A stretch of 64,000 nt of DNA from a virus (Duplodnaviria > Caudoviricetes): the IMG/VR virus record IMGVR_UViG_3300023174_005626, positions 45,483-109,482 of that record, one strand, 5' to 3'. The position numbers and the translations under genes were made by a program. Of this stretch, positions 20,800 to 31,821 are shown piece after piece. The notes under the pieces are model-generated. The model did no database searches and was not told the DNA's origin. It was given only the letters and a program-made list of their open reading frames with translations. Within the stretch, counting starts at the first letter, position 1. The number at the start of each line of letters is the position of its first letter.

Positions 20800-21624
20800 A
20801 TGATTACCACAGATAAAGAATTTTATTCATCACCATATTATTTTTTCCTTAGAGATAAGGGAAAAGATTATTCTTTATACTTCTCGGTTGAAGAAACTTT
20901 AACTGAAGCAAGAAAAAAAGATGAGATGATTAAAGTACCAAAAGATAAGGTTAAACATGTTAAAGCATATTTGGAAAAGTTATTAAAGGGAAAAAAGAAA
21001 AAATCAACAAAAGATGTTTCAGGTGAGTTAGAAGAACTTGTTAACTTGGATGGTGCGATATCAAATAGTAAAATTCCAATCCTTGACCCTAAGCTTCATC
21101 CAAGAAAAACTATGGACCAAACTGTTGCAGCGGCAAGAATTACAAACGACCCAATATCTCGTGGATATAGAACATATTATGGTGAGTCAGTAGAAGAAGA
21201 AGTTAGTGAAATAGATATGTCAAAAGCATTTGGTTACGAAGAAACTGAAGATATGGATGGTAAAGAAACTTTTGACTACATGGTTGATGAATTAGAAATG
21301 GAACCTGAAGAGGCAATAGATAGAACTGAACAACAAGGTAAAGACCCATCAGGAAAGAAAGATAAAAAGTCAGAATATTACCACGACAAGAATTTTATTA
21401 CAAGAGCAACATTATCTGAGATTCAAAAACAAAAAGCAATCAAAATGGTTGAGGATTTGTTAATGAAGAAAAAAAATACAGATAACTCTGAGGTTGGTAA
21501 AAAAGAGTCTAGCTCTAAAGAAGCGTCAAATATTCTAAAAAAGAATCTTAAGTCTCTTCTTAAACAGATGGATAAAGAAGGATTATCAAGAAAAGATATT
21601 CTTAAACTATTAGACGGTGAATAA
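20800..21624 (+). CDS. Hypothetical charged protein (putative internal head protein)
   Basis: 274 aa; TATTTAT upstream; LTE/LEE/LSE motifs. Confidence 0.6.
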   Translation: MITTDKEFYSSPYYFFLRDKGKDYSLYFSVEETLTEARKKDEMIKVPKDKVKHVKAYLEKLLKGKKKKSTKDVSGELEELVNLDGAISNSKIPILDPKLHPRKTMDQTVAAARITNDPISRGYRTYYGESVEEEVSEIDMSKAFGYEETEDMDGKETFDYMVDELEMEPEEAIDRTEQQGKDPSGKKDKKSEYYHDKNFITRATLSEIQKQKAIKMVEDLLMKKKNTDNSEVGKKESSSKEASNILKKNLKSLLKQMDKEGLSRKDILKLLDGE

Positions 21625-22093
21625 AGATTTATATAACTCGGCCAAAGGTGAGATAGAATTTCCTCAAGACAAACAGGAACATATGAGAGTATGTTTCCAT
21701 ATGGTAAAAAATGCCGATGAAAACACCGAGGGATATAACAGAAATAAAGAACTTCAAGTACAATCGTTCATTGATTACAAACAATTAAAAAGAATTAAAA
21801 ACTTTTTTGATAATTTCAAAGGAAGTGAAAAGCATCCATCGTTTATTTTGAACGGAGGTGTGGTTATTAAAAACTGGGTTAATGATGAACTTAGAAAAAT
21901 GAGAGACTACACTAAAATGACAAAAAGAAATAAAATGGATACAGGGATGCAAAATCAATTTTTGGACCCTCATCAAAAGAAAGATTTTAATAATGTAAGA
22001 CCATCTCAAGAACATTCAAAAACTGTGGATAAATACAATGCGGCAGTCACTGAAAGTTTAAAGAGAATAAATGAATTAATATCAAAAATATAA
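21617..22093 (+). CDS. Hypothetical protein
   Basis: 158 aa, translationally coupled; C-terminal VTESLKRINELI. Confidence 0.6.
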   Translation: MNKDLYNSAKGEIEFPQDKQEHMRVCFHMVKNADENTEGYNRNKELQVQSFIDYKQLKRIKNFFDNFKGSEKHPSFILNGGVVIKNWVNDELRKMRDYTKMTKRNKMDTGMQNQFLDPHQKKDFNNVRPSQEHSKTVDKYNAAVTESLKRINELISKI

Positions 22094-22097
22094 AAAC

Positions 22098-22391
22098 ATG
22101 GCACTAGAAATCGCAGTTGATTTAACACAAAATGAACCAAACGCACTAACAGCTGTTGCTGATATGGAAAGAGCTAAATTAATCCCAAGAAATGATTACA
22201 ACGAAGTTGGTAATCAATATTCCGTAGTAAACCGTGACGCTTTGGCTGACGGGGATGCTAAAGGAAGAGGTACTGGTATTTTTTTAGATGTTTATAATGC
22301 AAATGCTGGAACAATTACTGATGTAGTTGAAAGAAAAAATGAAATTAAAATAAACAATTACAATTCTTCAAAACCATATCCTAATTTCTAA
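22098..22391 (+). CDS. Hypothetical protein
   Basis: 97 aa; DGDAKGRGTG motif. Confidence 0.6.
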   Translation: MALEIAVDLTQNEPNALTAVADMERAKLIPRNDYNEVGNQYSVVNRDALADGDAKGRGTGIFLDVYNANAGTITDVVERKNEIKINNYNSSKPYPNF

Positions 22392-22801
22392 TGAAATTAA
22401 CTGAATCACTTAAAGGTTTAATATGCGAAATTGCGGCAATTGATGACATAATTAATGCCATCAAAAATAAGCATAAAGTAGTAATTTACTATGATGGTGA
22501 TGAACCAGGTGGTAGAGGCATTAGAGAGATTGAGCCAGTGTGTTTAGGTATGAGTAAAGCGGGAAATAAGGTATTAAGAGCTTGGGATATGGAGGGTTCT
22601 TCTCACACTGATTATACAGGTGAACAACCTTTACCAGGATGGAGACTTTTTAGGTTAGATAAAATTTTGTCTCACAAACCAACTGGTGAAGTTTACTATG
22701 AACCTAAACCAGGTTATAATTTTAATGGTGACAAAAGCATGGTTAACGTAATAATAAATGCAAAATTCGGAAACGAAGGTCCACAACAAAACTTAGCTTA
22801 A
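22391..22801 (+). CDS. Stand-alone WYL-domain protein
   Basis: VVIYY...REIEPVCLG...LRAW...WRLFRLDKI. Confidence 0.85.
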   Translation: MKLTESLKGLICEIAAIDDIINAIKNKHKVVIYYDGDEPGGRGIREIEPVCLGMSKAGNKVLRAWDMEGSSHTDYTGEQPLPGWRLFRLDKILSHKPTGEVYYEPKPGYNFNGDKSMVNVIINAKFGNEGPQQNLA

Positions 22802-22805
22802 TATT

Positions 22806-23438
22806 ATGAATGAAAACGATTTAATGAGTAGATTGGTAGCGTCAAAGGCTATTATGGATAATCCAAAATTTACTAAAAGCAGAAATACAATGAATGACGG
22901 ATTACCTCCAACATCTTTACAAGATTTTGACGTACCTAATGCAAAATATAATATTCCTCAGGAATTCTTACAAGAATCTCCATCAATGAGTCAACCTTAT
23001 TTATCTGAACTTCCTAAAGTTAATACAAAACCAGTTGGTGTACCAAGTGTTGATGCAATAAAAAGTTCTAAATTACCTGATGAGATTAAAAGATTAATGA
23101 TTGAACACCCAATTGCACAAGCACAACAACAAGGAGGAGGAGCGACATTATCTGATGATTTAATTGAGAGAGCATCAAGACTAATGAAAAATGAAAATTC
23201 AAACAACTATATTCCTGAGTCTATTAAACCCAAAGCACAACAACAACCTCAAACACAACCTACATCACAAATTGATTATAAGTTAATTAAAAAAATGATT
23301 AGAGAAGCTGTTGATGAAGCATTACAAGAAAATGGATTAATGGTTGAGAGTAGTGAAAAGGCTAACGAGATGTTAAGTTTTAAAGTTGGAAAACACCTTT
23401 TTGAAGGTAAAGTAACAAAAATCAAAAAATTACTTTAA
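22806..23438 (+). CDS. Hypothetical protein
   Basis: 210 aa; SKLPDEIKRLMIEHPI; IKKMIRE motif. Confidence 0.6.
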   Translation: MNENDLMSRLVASKAIMDNPKFTKSRNTMNDGLPPTSLQDFDVPNAKYNIPQEFLQESPSMSQPYLSELPKVNTKPVGVPSVDAIKSSKLPDEIKRLMIEHPIAQAQQQGGGATLSDDLIERASRLMKNENSNNYIPESIKPKAQQQPQTQPTSQIDYKLIKKMIREAVDEALQENGLMVESSEKANEMLSFKVGKHLFEGKVTKIKKLL

Positions 23439-23493
23439 GGCATTTTCTTATTGGATATAAATTATTATATTTCTTTAAATATATTAATAATTT

Positions 23494-24705
23494 ATGTCTA
23501 AAATCAATGTACTAGTCGTACCCTCCGATAGAACTGGAGTTGGTAAATTTAGGTCTATAGACCCTCACATTTTTCTTCAAAACTTATATCCTGAAGATTT
23601 CCATATAGACATCATATATGATGTCGCATATGACGATTTGGAATTCTTTAAAAAGTATCAAATAGTTTCTTTTCATAGAAGTATTGGTCCTGATTTTGAA
23701 AGAGCTAATCAGTTAATTCTCAAATTAAATGAACTTGGTATTGCCACTGTTGGTGATATTGATGATTATTGGATGCCAGGTAAAGAACATCCAATTCACG
23801 ATGTTATCAGATTTAATAAAATCAATGAAAAAATTGTTGCAAACTTAAAAATTGCAAAATATGTTTCAACTACAACATCATTATTTGCTGATGAAATAAT
23901 GAAAATGAATAAAAATGTTGTGGTGTTTCCTAACGCAGTTAACCCAAAAGAATCTCAATTTAAAGAACCAACACCTGAATCAGATAGATTAAGGATTGGA
24001 TGGTTAGGTGGTTCGTCTCACTTACATGATTTGCAATTATTAGACCAATCATTTAGTAAGTTAGGTTCAATTAGTGATAAATTACAATATGTCCTTTGTG
24101 GATTTGATACAAGAGGAACTGTTACTGAAATTAATTCTCAAACAGGAGAACATGTTAAAAGAAATATCACACCTGAAGAAACTGTATGGGCATCATACGA
24201 AAAAATATTTACTCAAAACTATTCAACTATTTCTGAAGACTATAAAAAGTTTTTAGAAAAATACGTACAAGAATCTTACCCTAACGAAAATGATGAGGCA
24301 TATGTTAGAGTTTGGACTAGACCTGTACAATCATATGCTAAGAATTATTCAAAATTTGATGTATCTTTGGCACCAATCAAAAACCACATGTTCAATAGAA
24401 TGAAATCTCAATTAAAAGTTATTGAAGCTGGTTTCTATAAAAAAGCAATTATTGCATCAAATGTTGGTCCATATACTTTAGACTTAAAACATTGTTTAGA
24501 CCATGGTAATTTTGTTGATGGGAACGCATTATTAGTTGATGAAAATAGAAATCACTCTGATTGGGCTAAATTCATTGATAAATTGGTAAAAAACCCAAAC
24601 ATGGTAAAAGATATGGGCGAAAGATTATATGAGACTGTAAAAGACACATATGATTTAAATGTTGTAACAAAAGCAAGAGCAGAATTTTATAAATCAATCG
24701 TATGA
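23494..24705 (+). CDS. GT-B (GT4-like) glycosyltransferase
   Basis: DIDDYW, IGWLGGSSH, DVSLAP...FNRMKSQLKVIEAG, IIASNVGPY. Confidence 0.8.
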   Translation: MSKINVLVVPSDRTGVGKFRSIDPHIFLQNLYPEDFHIDIIYDVAYDDLEFFKKYQIVSFHRSIGPDFERANQLILKLNELGIATVGDIDDYWMPGKEHPIHDVIRFNKINEKIVANLKIAKYVSTTTSLFADEIMKMNKNVVVFPNAVNPKESQFKEPTPESDRLRIGWLGGSSHLHDLQLLDQSFSKLGSISDKLQYVLCGFDTRGTVTEINSQTGEHVKRNITPEETVWASYEKIFTQNYSTISEDYKKFLEKYVQESYPNENDEAYVRVWTRPVQSYAKNYSKFDVSLAPIKNHMFNRMKSQLKVIEAGFYKKAIIASNVGPYTLDLKHCLDHGNFVDGNALLVDENRNHSDWAKFIDKLVKNPNMVKDMGERLYETVKDTYDLNVVTKARAEFYKSIV

Positions 24706-25406
24706 TAAATAATATACCATTAAACAAATTTTTATTCTTAGATATTGAAACAGTTGGATGCGAATCTAATTGGGAAAACTTTAAGAAAAATAAAAAAGAA
24801 CTTTCATTTCAATTTGAACACATTCAAGATAATCTTAGAAAAAGATTTCCTGAGGAATCTGATACACCTATTGAACAATTGTTTGTAAATAGGGCTGCTT
24901 TAGTTCCTGAATTTTTAAAGATAGTTTGTGTTAGTGTTGCATTTGTTATGGATGATGGAACAGTTAAACTACAATCTTTTCATAGTGAAGATGAAGGTAA
25001 ACTACTTCAAGATGTGCAAAAATTATTAAATCGTACAGGTGATTTAGGATTCTACTTGTGTGGCCATAATGTTAAGGGATTTGATATTCCAACACTGGCT
25101 AAACGTATGATGATGTACGGATTAGAACCACCAAAATTATTACCAAGTTATGATACAAAACCTTGGGAAGTTAAAGCGATTGACACTAAAGACATATGGC
25201 AATATGGTGGATATGGTCAATTTGCATCTCTTGAACTAATGTGTGTTTGTATGGGTGTTGAGTCATCTAAAAATACAGAAGTAACAGGGAATAGAGTTCA
25301 TGAGGCGTATTGGATAGATAAAAACATTGAGGGTATTGTAAAATATTGTGAGAAAGATGTTGAAGTTTTGATAGATATAATTAAAAAATTAAAACAATTA
25401 AAATGA
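24702..25406 (+). CDS. DnaQ/PolB-like 3'-5' exonuclease
   Basis: FLDIET, GHNVKGFDIP, YCEKDV (DEDDy). Confidence 0.85.
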   Translation: MINNIPLNKFLFLDIETVGCESNWENFKKNKKELSFQFEHIQDNLRKRFPEESDTPIEQLFVNRAALVPEFLKIVCVSVAFVMDDGTVKLQSFHSEDEGKLLQDVQKLLNRTGDLGFYLCGHNVKGFDIPTLAKRMMMYGLEPPKLLPSYDTKPWEVKAIDTKDIWQYGGYGQFASLELMCVCMGVESSKNTEVTGNRVHEAYWIDKNIEGIVKYCEKDVEVLIDIIKKLKQLK

Positions 25407-26032
25407 TGCAAGAAACTAATAGAGAAGAAGAATCTGATTTATGGAAACAGGTTCAAGAACAATTTGAAAAATTAAAATTACAAACAGGTATTGAATCTGA
25501 CGAGGCTTACCAAAAAGAACTTGATGAAATACTTGGATTAACCGATGAAGATTTTAAAGAAATGGATGAAAGTACAACGTTACTATTATCAAGAAAAAAT
25601 GTTCAAGTTCAATTGTTGGACAATCTCGCAGTTTATCCAAAATATGCTTACCCAACAGATTCTGGTTTTGATTTACATTCTACAATAGAATACACTTTAC
25701 CATCTCTTGGTAGAGCCATAATTCCAACAGGAATTAAAGTATCTTTTGATGAAGGTTTGGAATTACAAATTAGACCCAAGAGTGGTTTAGCAATCAATCA
25801 AGGAATTACCGTTTTAAACACACCTGGTACTGTAGATGCAGGATATACAGGAGAACTCAAAGTAATTGTTTTTAACACAAACAAGAATGATTTTACAATT
25901 ACAAAAGGTATGAAGATTGCTCAAGCGGTTTTTGCACCTGTAATAAACGGTAGACACATTAACTTTCAAACGGTTAGTGAAGTAGAAAAAAAAGATAGAG
26001 GTAATAATGGTTTTGGTAGTACAGGTATTTAA
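25403..26032 (+). CDS. dut: Trimeric dUTPase with acidic N-terminal extension
   Basis: SGFDL, RPKSGL, GTVDAGYTGE, IAQAV, RGNNGFGSTG. Confidence 0.93.
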   Translation: MMQETNREEESDLWKQVQEQFEKLKLQTGIESDEAYQKELDEILGLTDEDFKEMDESTTLLLSRKNVQVQLLDNLAVYPKYAYPTDSGFDLHSTIEYTLPSLGRAIIPTGIKVSFDEGLELQIRPKSGLAINQGITVLNTPGTVDAGYTGELKVIVFNTNKNDFTITKGMKIAQAVFAPVINGRHINFQTVSEVEKKDRGNNGFGSTGI

Positions 26033-26046
26033 GTTAAGCTTATTTT

Positions 26047-26217
26047 ATGGGAAAGTATTACGAAAATTTATCAACCTTAATAGAACTTATAAATAAATTA
26101 GATAAAAAAAATATTTTAGCAGAATTTATTTTGGACTGTATTGTCATGGCAAAAGACGCTCCTGACAAATCACCACATGAAATAATAAAAGAGGCGAAGA
26201 AAAAAAGACTCAAATAA
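26047..26217 (+). CDS. Small hypothetical protein (56 aa; below ORF-track cutoff)
   Basis: MGKYYENLSTLIELINKLDKK...KEAKKKRLK; its stop overlaps the next ATG (TAATG). Confidence 0.5.
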   Translation: MGKYYENLSTLIELINKLDKKNILAEFILDCIVMAKDAPDKSPHEIIKEAKKKRLK

Positions 26218-27845
26218 TGTTAACAGTAGCATATTCAACAAGAGAACACAAACCAGAATTTATTGAATACCTGAAAAAAAGTTCAGGATTTAAAAAAATT
26301 GAAGTTATTGAAAAAGTTAATAATGGTGAAAAATCTTTATCTCAAGTATATAATGAAATTTTGTCTGAATCAAAAACTGACATAATTGTTTTTTGTCATG
26401 ACGACATTTATTTTGATACGACAGGTTGGTATCATAAATTAATGAAACATTTTGATAAATCAGATTATGGTATTATCGGAATGGCAGGTACAACTGATAT
26501 GCCATCAAGTGGTAAATGGTGGGAAGATAGAAAAAAAATGATTGGAATTGTTAACCACGAAAATGGTGGAAAAAAATGGGAATCAAAATATTCCGAATCA
26601 TTAAACAACAATATTGGTCAAACAATAATTGTTGATGGTTTATTTATTGCAATTGATAGAAGAAAAATTAAAAAAAGTTTTAACGAAGAATTTGAAGGGT
26701 TTCATTTTTATGACATCCCTTTTTGTTTTGAAAACCATTTAGAAGGTGTCAAAATTGGCGTAATAACAAATATTAGAATCACTCATAAATCTATTGGTCA
26801 AACCAACGAACAATGGGAAAAAAATAGACAGTTATTTGAAAAAAAATATAAGAACAACCTTCCATTAAAACTTCCTTTTGACCCAAAAAAAAGGCTTAAG
26901 GTTTTAATCTCTTGTTTATTTTTTAGAACATTCACAGGCTCTGAATTATATGTTTATGAATTAGCCAAAGGTTTACAAAAAGAAAATTGTGATGTTACGG
27001 TTATGTCACAAATAGGTGGACCATTGACCGACATGGCAAAAAAAGCGGGTATTAAATGCATAACATTTGAACAAGCACCAGGTTTTAAACTTGGAGATGG
27101 TGTGTGGACTTTTGACGCTGGAAATGGTGTACAAACTTCAACACCAAATATGATGTATAGAATCTCGGATGTTAATTTTGATTTGATACATATGCAACAC
27201 AAACCAGTTGCTGAAAGAATGATTCAGTTTTATCCTGAAATTGACAAAATATATTCAATTCATTCTGAGGTTATAGAATTAGAAGACCCAATCACACATA
27301 AATCAATTAAAAAATATATTGCAATTAGACCTGAGATTAAAAACTATATGATTAATAATTTTGAAATCCCTGAAAAAGATATTGAAGTTATTTATAATCC
27401 TGTAGACAACGAAAAATTCAAATCAAAACCTTCAAAAGTTCAAAACGCTGTTTTATTTGTTGGTACGATAGATTATCTGAGAAGAGAAACAATTATGGAT
27501 TTAATTGAATATACAAAAGATAATGATAAAGAACTTTGGTTAATGGGAGAAGACAAACAAAATTATTTGTCAACAATTTTAACACAATCTCACGTCAAAC
27601 ATTTTAACCCAAATTGGAATGTTGAAAAACTAATTAATGAGTGTGATGAAACAGCAGGAATACAATTAGGAAGAACTACAATTGAAAGTTGGTTATGTGG
27701 GAAACCAAGTTGGATTTATAAAGTAAATTCATTTGGAAATATTGAGTCTAAAGAAAAATTTGACCCACCTACTGATTTAGAAAAATACCATGTAAATAAT
27801 GTTGTTAAACAAATCAAAGAACAATATTTAAAGATTCTCTCATGA
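26217..27845 (+). CDS. Bifunctional glycosyltransferase (GT-A plus GT-B)
   Basis: N-terminal FCHDDI, VDGLF, FHFYD; C-terminal TGSELYVYELAKGL, IYNPVD, GRTTIE. Confidence 0.8.
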   Translation: MLTVAYSTREHKPEFIEYLKKSSGFKKIEVIEKVNNGEKSLSQVYNEILSESKTDIIVFCHDDIYFDTTGWYHKLMKHFDKSDYGIIGMAGTTDMPSSGKWWEDRKKMIGIVNHENGGKKWESKYSESLNNNIGQTIIVDGLFIAIDRRKIKKSFNEEFEGFHFYDIPFCFENHLEGVKIGVITNIRITHKSIGQTNEQWEKNRQLFEKKYKNNLPLKLPFDPKKRLKVLISCLFFRTFTGSELYVYELAKGLQKENCDVTVMSQIGGPLTDMAKKAGIKCITFEQAPGFKLGDGVWTFDAGNGVQTSTPNMMYRISDVNFDLIHMQHKPVAERMIQFYPEIDKIYSIHSEVIELEDPITHKSIKKYIAIRPEIKNYMINNFEIPEKDIEVIYNPVDNEKFKSKPSKVQNAVLFVGTIDYLRRETIMDLIEYTKDNDKELWLMGEDKQNYLSTILTQSHVKHFNPNWNVEKLINECDETAGIQLGRTTIESWLCGKPSWIYKVNSFGNIESKEKFDPPTDLEKYHVNNVVKQIKEQYLKILS

Positions 27846-28552
27846 TTATTTTAACAACAACATATAATTGTGCTCCGTATGTTGAAAGGAGTCTACTGAG
27901 TATTATGTCTCAGAGATTTAAAGATTTCACTTGTTACATACTTGATGATGTGTCTACTGACAACACAATAGAAATTGTAAAAAAAACAATAGAAGGTGAT
28001 TCAAGATTTATACTTGTTGAAAATCACACCAAGTTTTACCAACCAGGAAATTATAACCAAGTAATAAATTGGAGAGCGATACCTGGTGATGAAATTTGTG
28101 TTGAGGTTGATGGTGATGATTGGTTACCAAACTCAAATGTTTTTGATTTAATTAATGAAACATACAAAGACCCTGAAGTTTGGATGACAAGTGGTTCATT
28201 TAAATATCACGATGGAAGACCAGGGTTTGCGAATCCTCCTACTCACTTCACAAATGTTAGAAAACAAGCGTTTACCCTTTCTCATCTTAGAACTTGGAAA
28301 TCTTGGTTATGGAAAAAAATTAAAGAAGAGGATTTAAGAGATGAAAATGGTAATTATTGGAGCGTTGCTGGTGACTTATCATTTATGTTTCCAATGTTTG
28401 AAATGTCAGGTCAAGAACATTATAGATTTTTACCAAACATAAATTACATTTATAACGAATCTAACCCAATCAATGACCATAAAGTCAACATGTCTAATGT
28501 TACTCAAACGGTAAATAAAATAAGAAATAAAACACCATACACAAAATTATGA
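27842..28552 (+). CDS. GT2-family glycosyltransferase
   Basis: TTTYN, DDVSTDNT, VDGDDWL. Confidence 0.85.
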   Translation: MIILTTTYNCAPYVERSLLSIMSQRFKDFTCYILDDVSTDNTIEIVKKTIEGDSRFILVENHTKFYQPGNYNQVINWRAIPGDEICVEVDGDDWLPNSNVFDLINETYKDPEVWMTSGSFKYHDGRPGFANPPTHFTNVRKQAFTLSHLRTWKSWLWKKIKEEDLRDENGNYWSVAGDLSFMFPMFEMSGQEHYRFLPNINYIYNESNPINDHKVNMSNVTQTVNKIRNKTPYTKL

Positions 28553-29196
28553 GTTTTGACACAAGTATTGAGAACATTATTTTAGAACTCAATGAAACAA
28601 AAAAAATTGATAACATACTTCATATTGGAGCGTGTTTAGGTGAAGAAATATCATTCTACCAAAGACTACAACCTAAAAACATTTATTGGTTTGAACCTAA
28701 CCCAAAATTGGTTAAACAACTTAACGAAAATGTTACTAAACAAGACTTTATAAGTATTGTATTTCCTTATGCCGTTAGTAGTAAAAAAGGTACCGCTGAA
28801 TTTAACATTATTGAAAATACAACTAAAACAAATCCTGGATGCTCTTCATTACAGAATTTAAAAATTCATGCAGAATTATATACAGACATTACAAAAGTTG
28901 ACACTTGCATTGTTGAGACAATTAACATTGATGAATTTCTTCGTGAAAATAACTTAGAATCAAATTTTGATTTAGTTAGTTTAGATACACAAGGTCATGA
29001 TTTTGAAATATTAAATTCAAGTGACATTATTTTTAACGCAAAAGTAATTGTAATTGAAACTGCAAAAGTAGAACTTTACGAAGGACAAAAAGTTGATACA
29101 GAAATTGACGCTCTTTTAGAATCTAAAGGATACTATAAAAACTACTATCATCAATTCCATAATGTTTGGGGTGATAGTTTATACTTAAAAAAATAA
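28549..29196 (+). CDS. FkbM-family methyltransferase
   Basis: LHIGACLGEE, FEPNP, LDTQGHDFEIL, ELYEGQ. Confidence 0.85.
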   Translation: MSFDTSIENIILELNETKKIDNILHIGACLGEEISFYQRLQPKNIYWFEPNPKLVKQLNENVTKQDFISIVFPYAVSSKKGTAEFNIIENTTKTNPGCSSLQNLKIHAELYTDITKVDTCIVETINIDEFLRENNLESNFDLVSLDTQGHDFEILNSSDIIFNAKVIVIETAKVELYEGQKVDTEIDALLESKGYYKNYYHQFHNVWGDSLYLKK

Positions 29197-29200
29197 AACT

Positions 29201-29815
29201 ATGTCAGTAAAAACTGAAGTTGATAAGTGGATTGCCGATAAATGTAATGAAAGGTTAATAGCTAATTACCCGTTAGACGAAAACTCTTGGGTAATTGATT
29301 TGGGTGGTTATTTTGGTGCGGCAACACAAAAAGTTGTTTCAAAATATAACTGTAATGTTTTAGTGATAGAACCCGTAGAAGATTTTTACAATATTATTAT
29401 TGAAAAGTTCAAGGATAATTCCAAAGTTATTGTTGAAAATAATGGAATTTCCACAGAAGAAAAAGAAGTTGTTTTGGATTACAACTACGATGGAACATCT
29501 TCATATACAAACACAAGTGAAATAAAAATAAATGTCAAATGTTATCCAATAGATTATTATCTGAAAAAATATAATATTGATAGAATTGATTTATTGATGG
29601 TCAACATTGAGGGTGAAGAATTTCCTCTTTTTGAAAAATGGATTAAAACTGATTTTTTGAATAAAGTTAATTATCTTGAAATACAATTTCATCCTTGGAT
29701 TGATGATTCGGTTGAAAGAAAAAACAAAATTGAAAATGGTTTTGTAAATCTTGGATTTGAAAACCTATGGGATTATCAATTCGCATTTACATCTTGGAAA
29801 AATAAAAATTATTAA
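29201..29815 (+). CDS. FkbM-family methyltransferase
   Basis: IDLGGYFG, IEPV, VNIEGEEF, EIQFH. Confidence 0.85.
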   Translation: MSVKTEVDKWIADKCNERLIANYPLDENSWVIDLGGYFGAATQKVVSKYNCNVLVIEPVEDFYNIIIEKFKDNSKVIVENNGISTEEKEVVLDYNYDGTSSYTNTSEIKINVKCYPIDYYLKKYNIDRIDLLMVNIEGEEFPLFEKWIKTDFLNKVNYLEIQFHPWIDDSVERKNKIENGFVNLGFENLWDYQFAFTSWKNKNY

Positions 29816-29816
29816 T

Positions 29817-30644
29817 ATGGGAAATTTAATCACAGCCAACTTAATGGGTGGTTTAGGTAATCAATTATTTGAAGCCGCCCACGCACTATCACAAGGTTGG
29901 AAACACAATAGAGAAACAGTATTCCTTCCACATTCTTGGACACCTGGTCAAGGTAGAGGTGCCGAAAATTATATTAACAATGTATTCAGAAATTTAAAGT
30001 TTATTGAAAGAGTTGAAGACACGACTACAGTAAACGAAGGACCTTTTGAATATTCAGAAGTTAATCCAGTAGAAGGAGATACCGCATTTCACGGATACTT
30101 TCAATCAACAAAAAATTGGTTTGGATTTGACGAAAAGATTAGAGAAATATTCCAACCACCTGTAGAACTTGTAGAAGAGTTCATGGGAAAATATCCCCAA
30201 CTGTCTCAACCAAATACATTATCACTTCACGTTAGAAGAAGTGAGTATCTTCAGTTCCCTGAAATACACCCAACAATTAGTATTGAATACATCCAAGAAG
30301 CTTTAAAAGTTATTGGTGAATATTCTACTGTGTTTGTATTCAGTGACGACCACGACTTTGTAAAAGAGAATTTAAATTTCCCTTCAGTTATTTTTGTTAA
30401 CGAACCTGAAGATTATAGAGAATTATGGTTGATGGGATTATGTCAAAATCATATTATGTCAAACTCTACATTCTCATGGTGGGGAGCTTTCTTAAATAAA
30501 AAAATAAACAAAAAAATTGTTGCCCCATCTCGTTGGTTTGGTCCAAGAGGTCCTGAAGCAAAAGATATCTACGAACCATACTGGAATGTAATTCCTTGTG
30601 ATTGGGTTGAGGGCGGTAAATTAATGCCGATTAAAAATGATTAA
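29817..30644 (+). CDS. GT11 alpha-1,2-fucosyltransferase-like
   Basis: MGGLGNQLF, GYFQS, HVRRSEY, FSDD, SNSTFSWWGA; likely start ATG 29817. Confidence 0.88.
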   Translation: MGNLITANLMGGLGNQLFEAAHALSQGWKHNRETVFLPHSWTPGQGRGAENYINNVFRNLKFIERVEDTTTVNEGPFEYSEVNPVEGDTAFHGYFQSTKNWFGFDEKIREIFQPPVELVEEFMGKYPQLSQPNTLSLHVRRSEYLQFPEIHPTISIEYIQEALKVIGEYSTVFVFSDDHDFVKENLNFPSVIFVNEPEDYRELWLMGLCQNHIMSNSTFSWWGAFLNKKINKKIVAPSRWFGPRGPEAKDIYEPYWNVIPCDWVEGGKLMPIKND

Positions 30645-31263
30645 TACAAATCCTAACAACAAAACATGTGAAATATCTCACATCCAATATACCGTAAAAA
30701 CTAACAATTATAACTTGATTGGTGACGTTATTGAATTTGGAACTTTTACGGGAGGGAGCACAAAAACCTTATCATCATTATTTCCTGATAAAACAATATT
30801 CACAATTGACCATTTTCAAGGGTTAGAACAAACCAACAAGAACGTACCAAGTGACAGTGATTGGATTGAAAGAGCATTCGCATTAGATAATCCATTATAT
30901 GTTAATAACCATAATGTACCTAAATCTATTGATGAAGTTAGAGAAAGATTTGTAGGATTTAATAATATCAAAATGATTATCTCTGATGTTCACGAATTAA
31001 CAGAACCATCTGATTATGGTATTGGTAAAATTGCTATTTGTAATTTAGATGTTGATATCTACGAACCAGCAGTGTCAGCGTTAGAGTTCTTAACTAAATG
31101 TGAATGGTCAGAAGTATTCATCAGATTTGACGATTGGCACGGTGGTGAAAAAGAATATGACCAACATGAAAGATTGGCATTTACAGAATGGATTGAAAAA
31201 TATAACTATAAATTTAACATCACTCATGGAGGATATATTGGTGGTGTATATGTAAAACGATAA
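30637..31263 (+). CDS. TylF/MycF-like sugar O-methyltransferase (copy 1)
   Basis: GDVIEFGT, DHFQGL, LDVDIYE, FDDW. Confidence 0.8.
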   Translation: MINTNPNNKTCEISHIQYTVKTNNYNLIGDVIEFGTFTGGSTKTLSSLFPDKTIFTIDHFQGLEQTNKNVPSDSDWIERAFALDNPLYVNNHNVPKSIDEVRERFVGFNNIKMIISDVHELTEPSDYGIGKIAICNLDVDIYEPAVSALEFLTKCEWSEVFIRFDDWHGGEKEYDQHERLAFTEWIEKYNYKFNITHGGYIGGVYVKR

Positions 31264-31821
31264 AATGATTAACACAAATCCAAACATAGATTCTTGTACA
31301 TTAGAAACTCTCTGTTCTGTTATCCAAAACTATAATTTAGTTGGGGATGTTTTAGAATTTGGAACATGTACTTGTCAAAGTGCAATTCAATTAGCAACCT
31401 CATTACCTGAAAAAACTATTTTTACAATAGACCATTTTAAAGGGTTAGAAAAAACTAATAAACCTTTACCATTCACAAGTGACTGGAGTGAAGGGTCTTT
31501 CGCTTTAGGTGCTTGGAATGCAATAGGAGAAGATTTTCCAAGAACAATAGAAGAAGCGAAACGTAAATTATCCACAAGACCAAACATTACACTTATCTTG
31601 TCTGACATTCATAAACTAACCGAACCTGCAGATTATAATATTAAAAAGATTGCAATTTGTAATGTGGATGTGGATATCTATGAACCAACCGTATCATCAT
31701 TAGAATTTTTAACTAAATGTGAATGGTCAGAAGTATTTATCAGATTTGACGATTGGCACGGTGGTGAATCAGAATATGACCAACATGAAAGATTGGCATT
31801 CACAGAATGGATTGAAAAATA
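31081..31821. repeat. Near-identical ~120-bp direct repeat between the two TylF paralogues
   Basis: taactaaatgtgaatggtcagaagtatt...gattggcacggtggtgaa...gaatggattgaaaaata at about 31081-31202 and 31700-31821. Confidence 0.9.

Noticed and set aside
31081-31821. 120-bp repeat pair as a DGR template/variable repeat
   Set aside because: No reverse transcriptase in the window; both copies are in-frame parts of paralogous genes and mismatches are mostly synonymous, not adenine-specific
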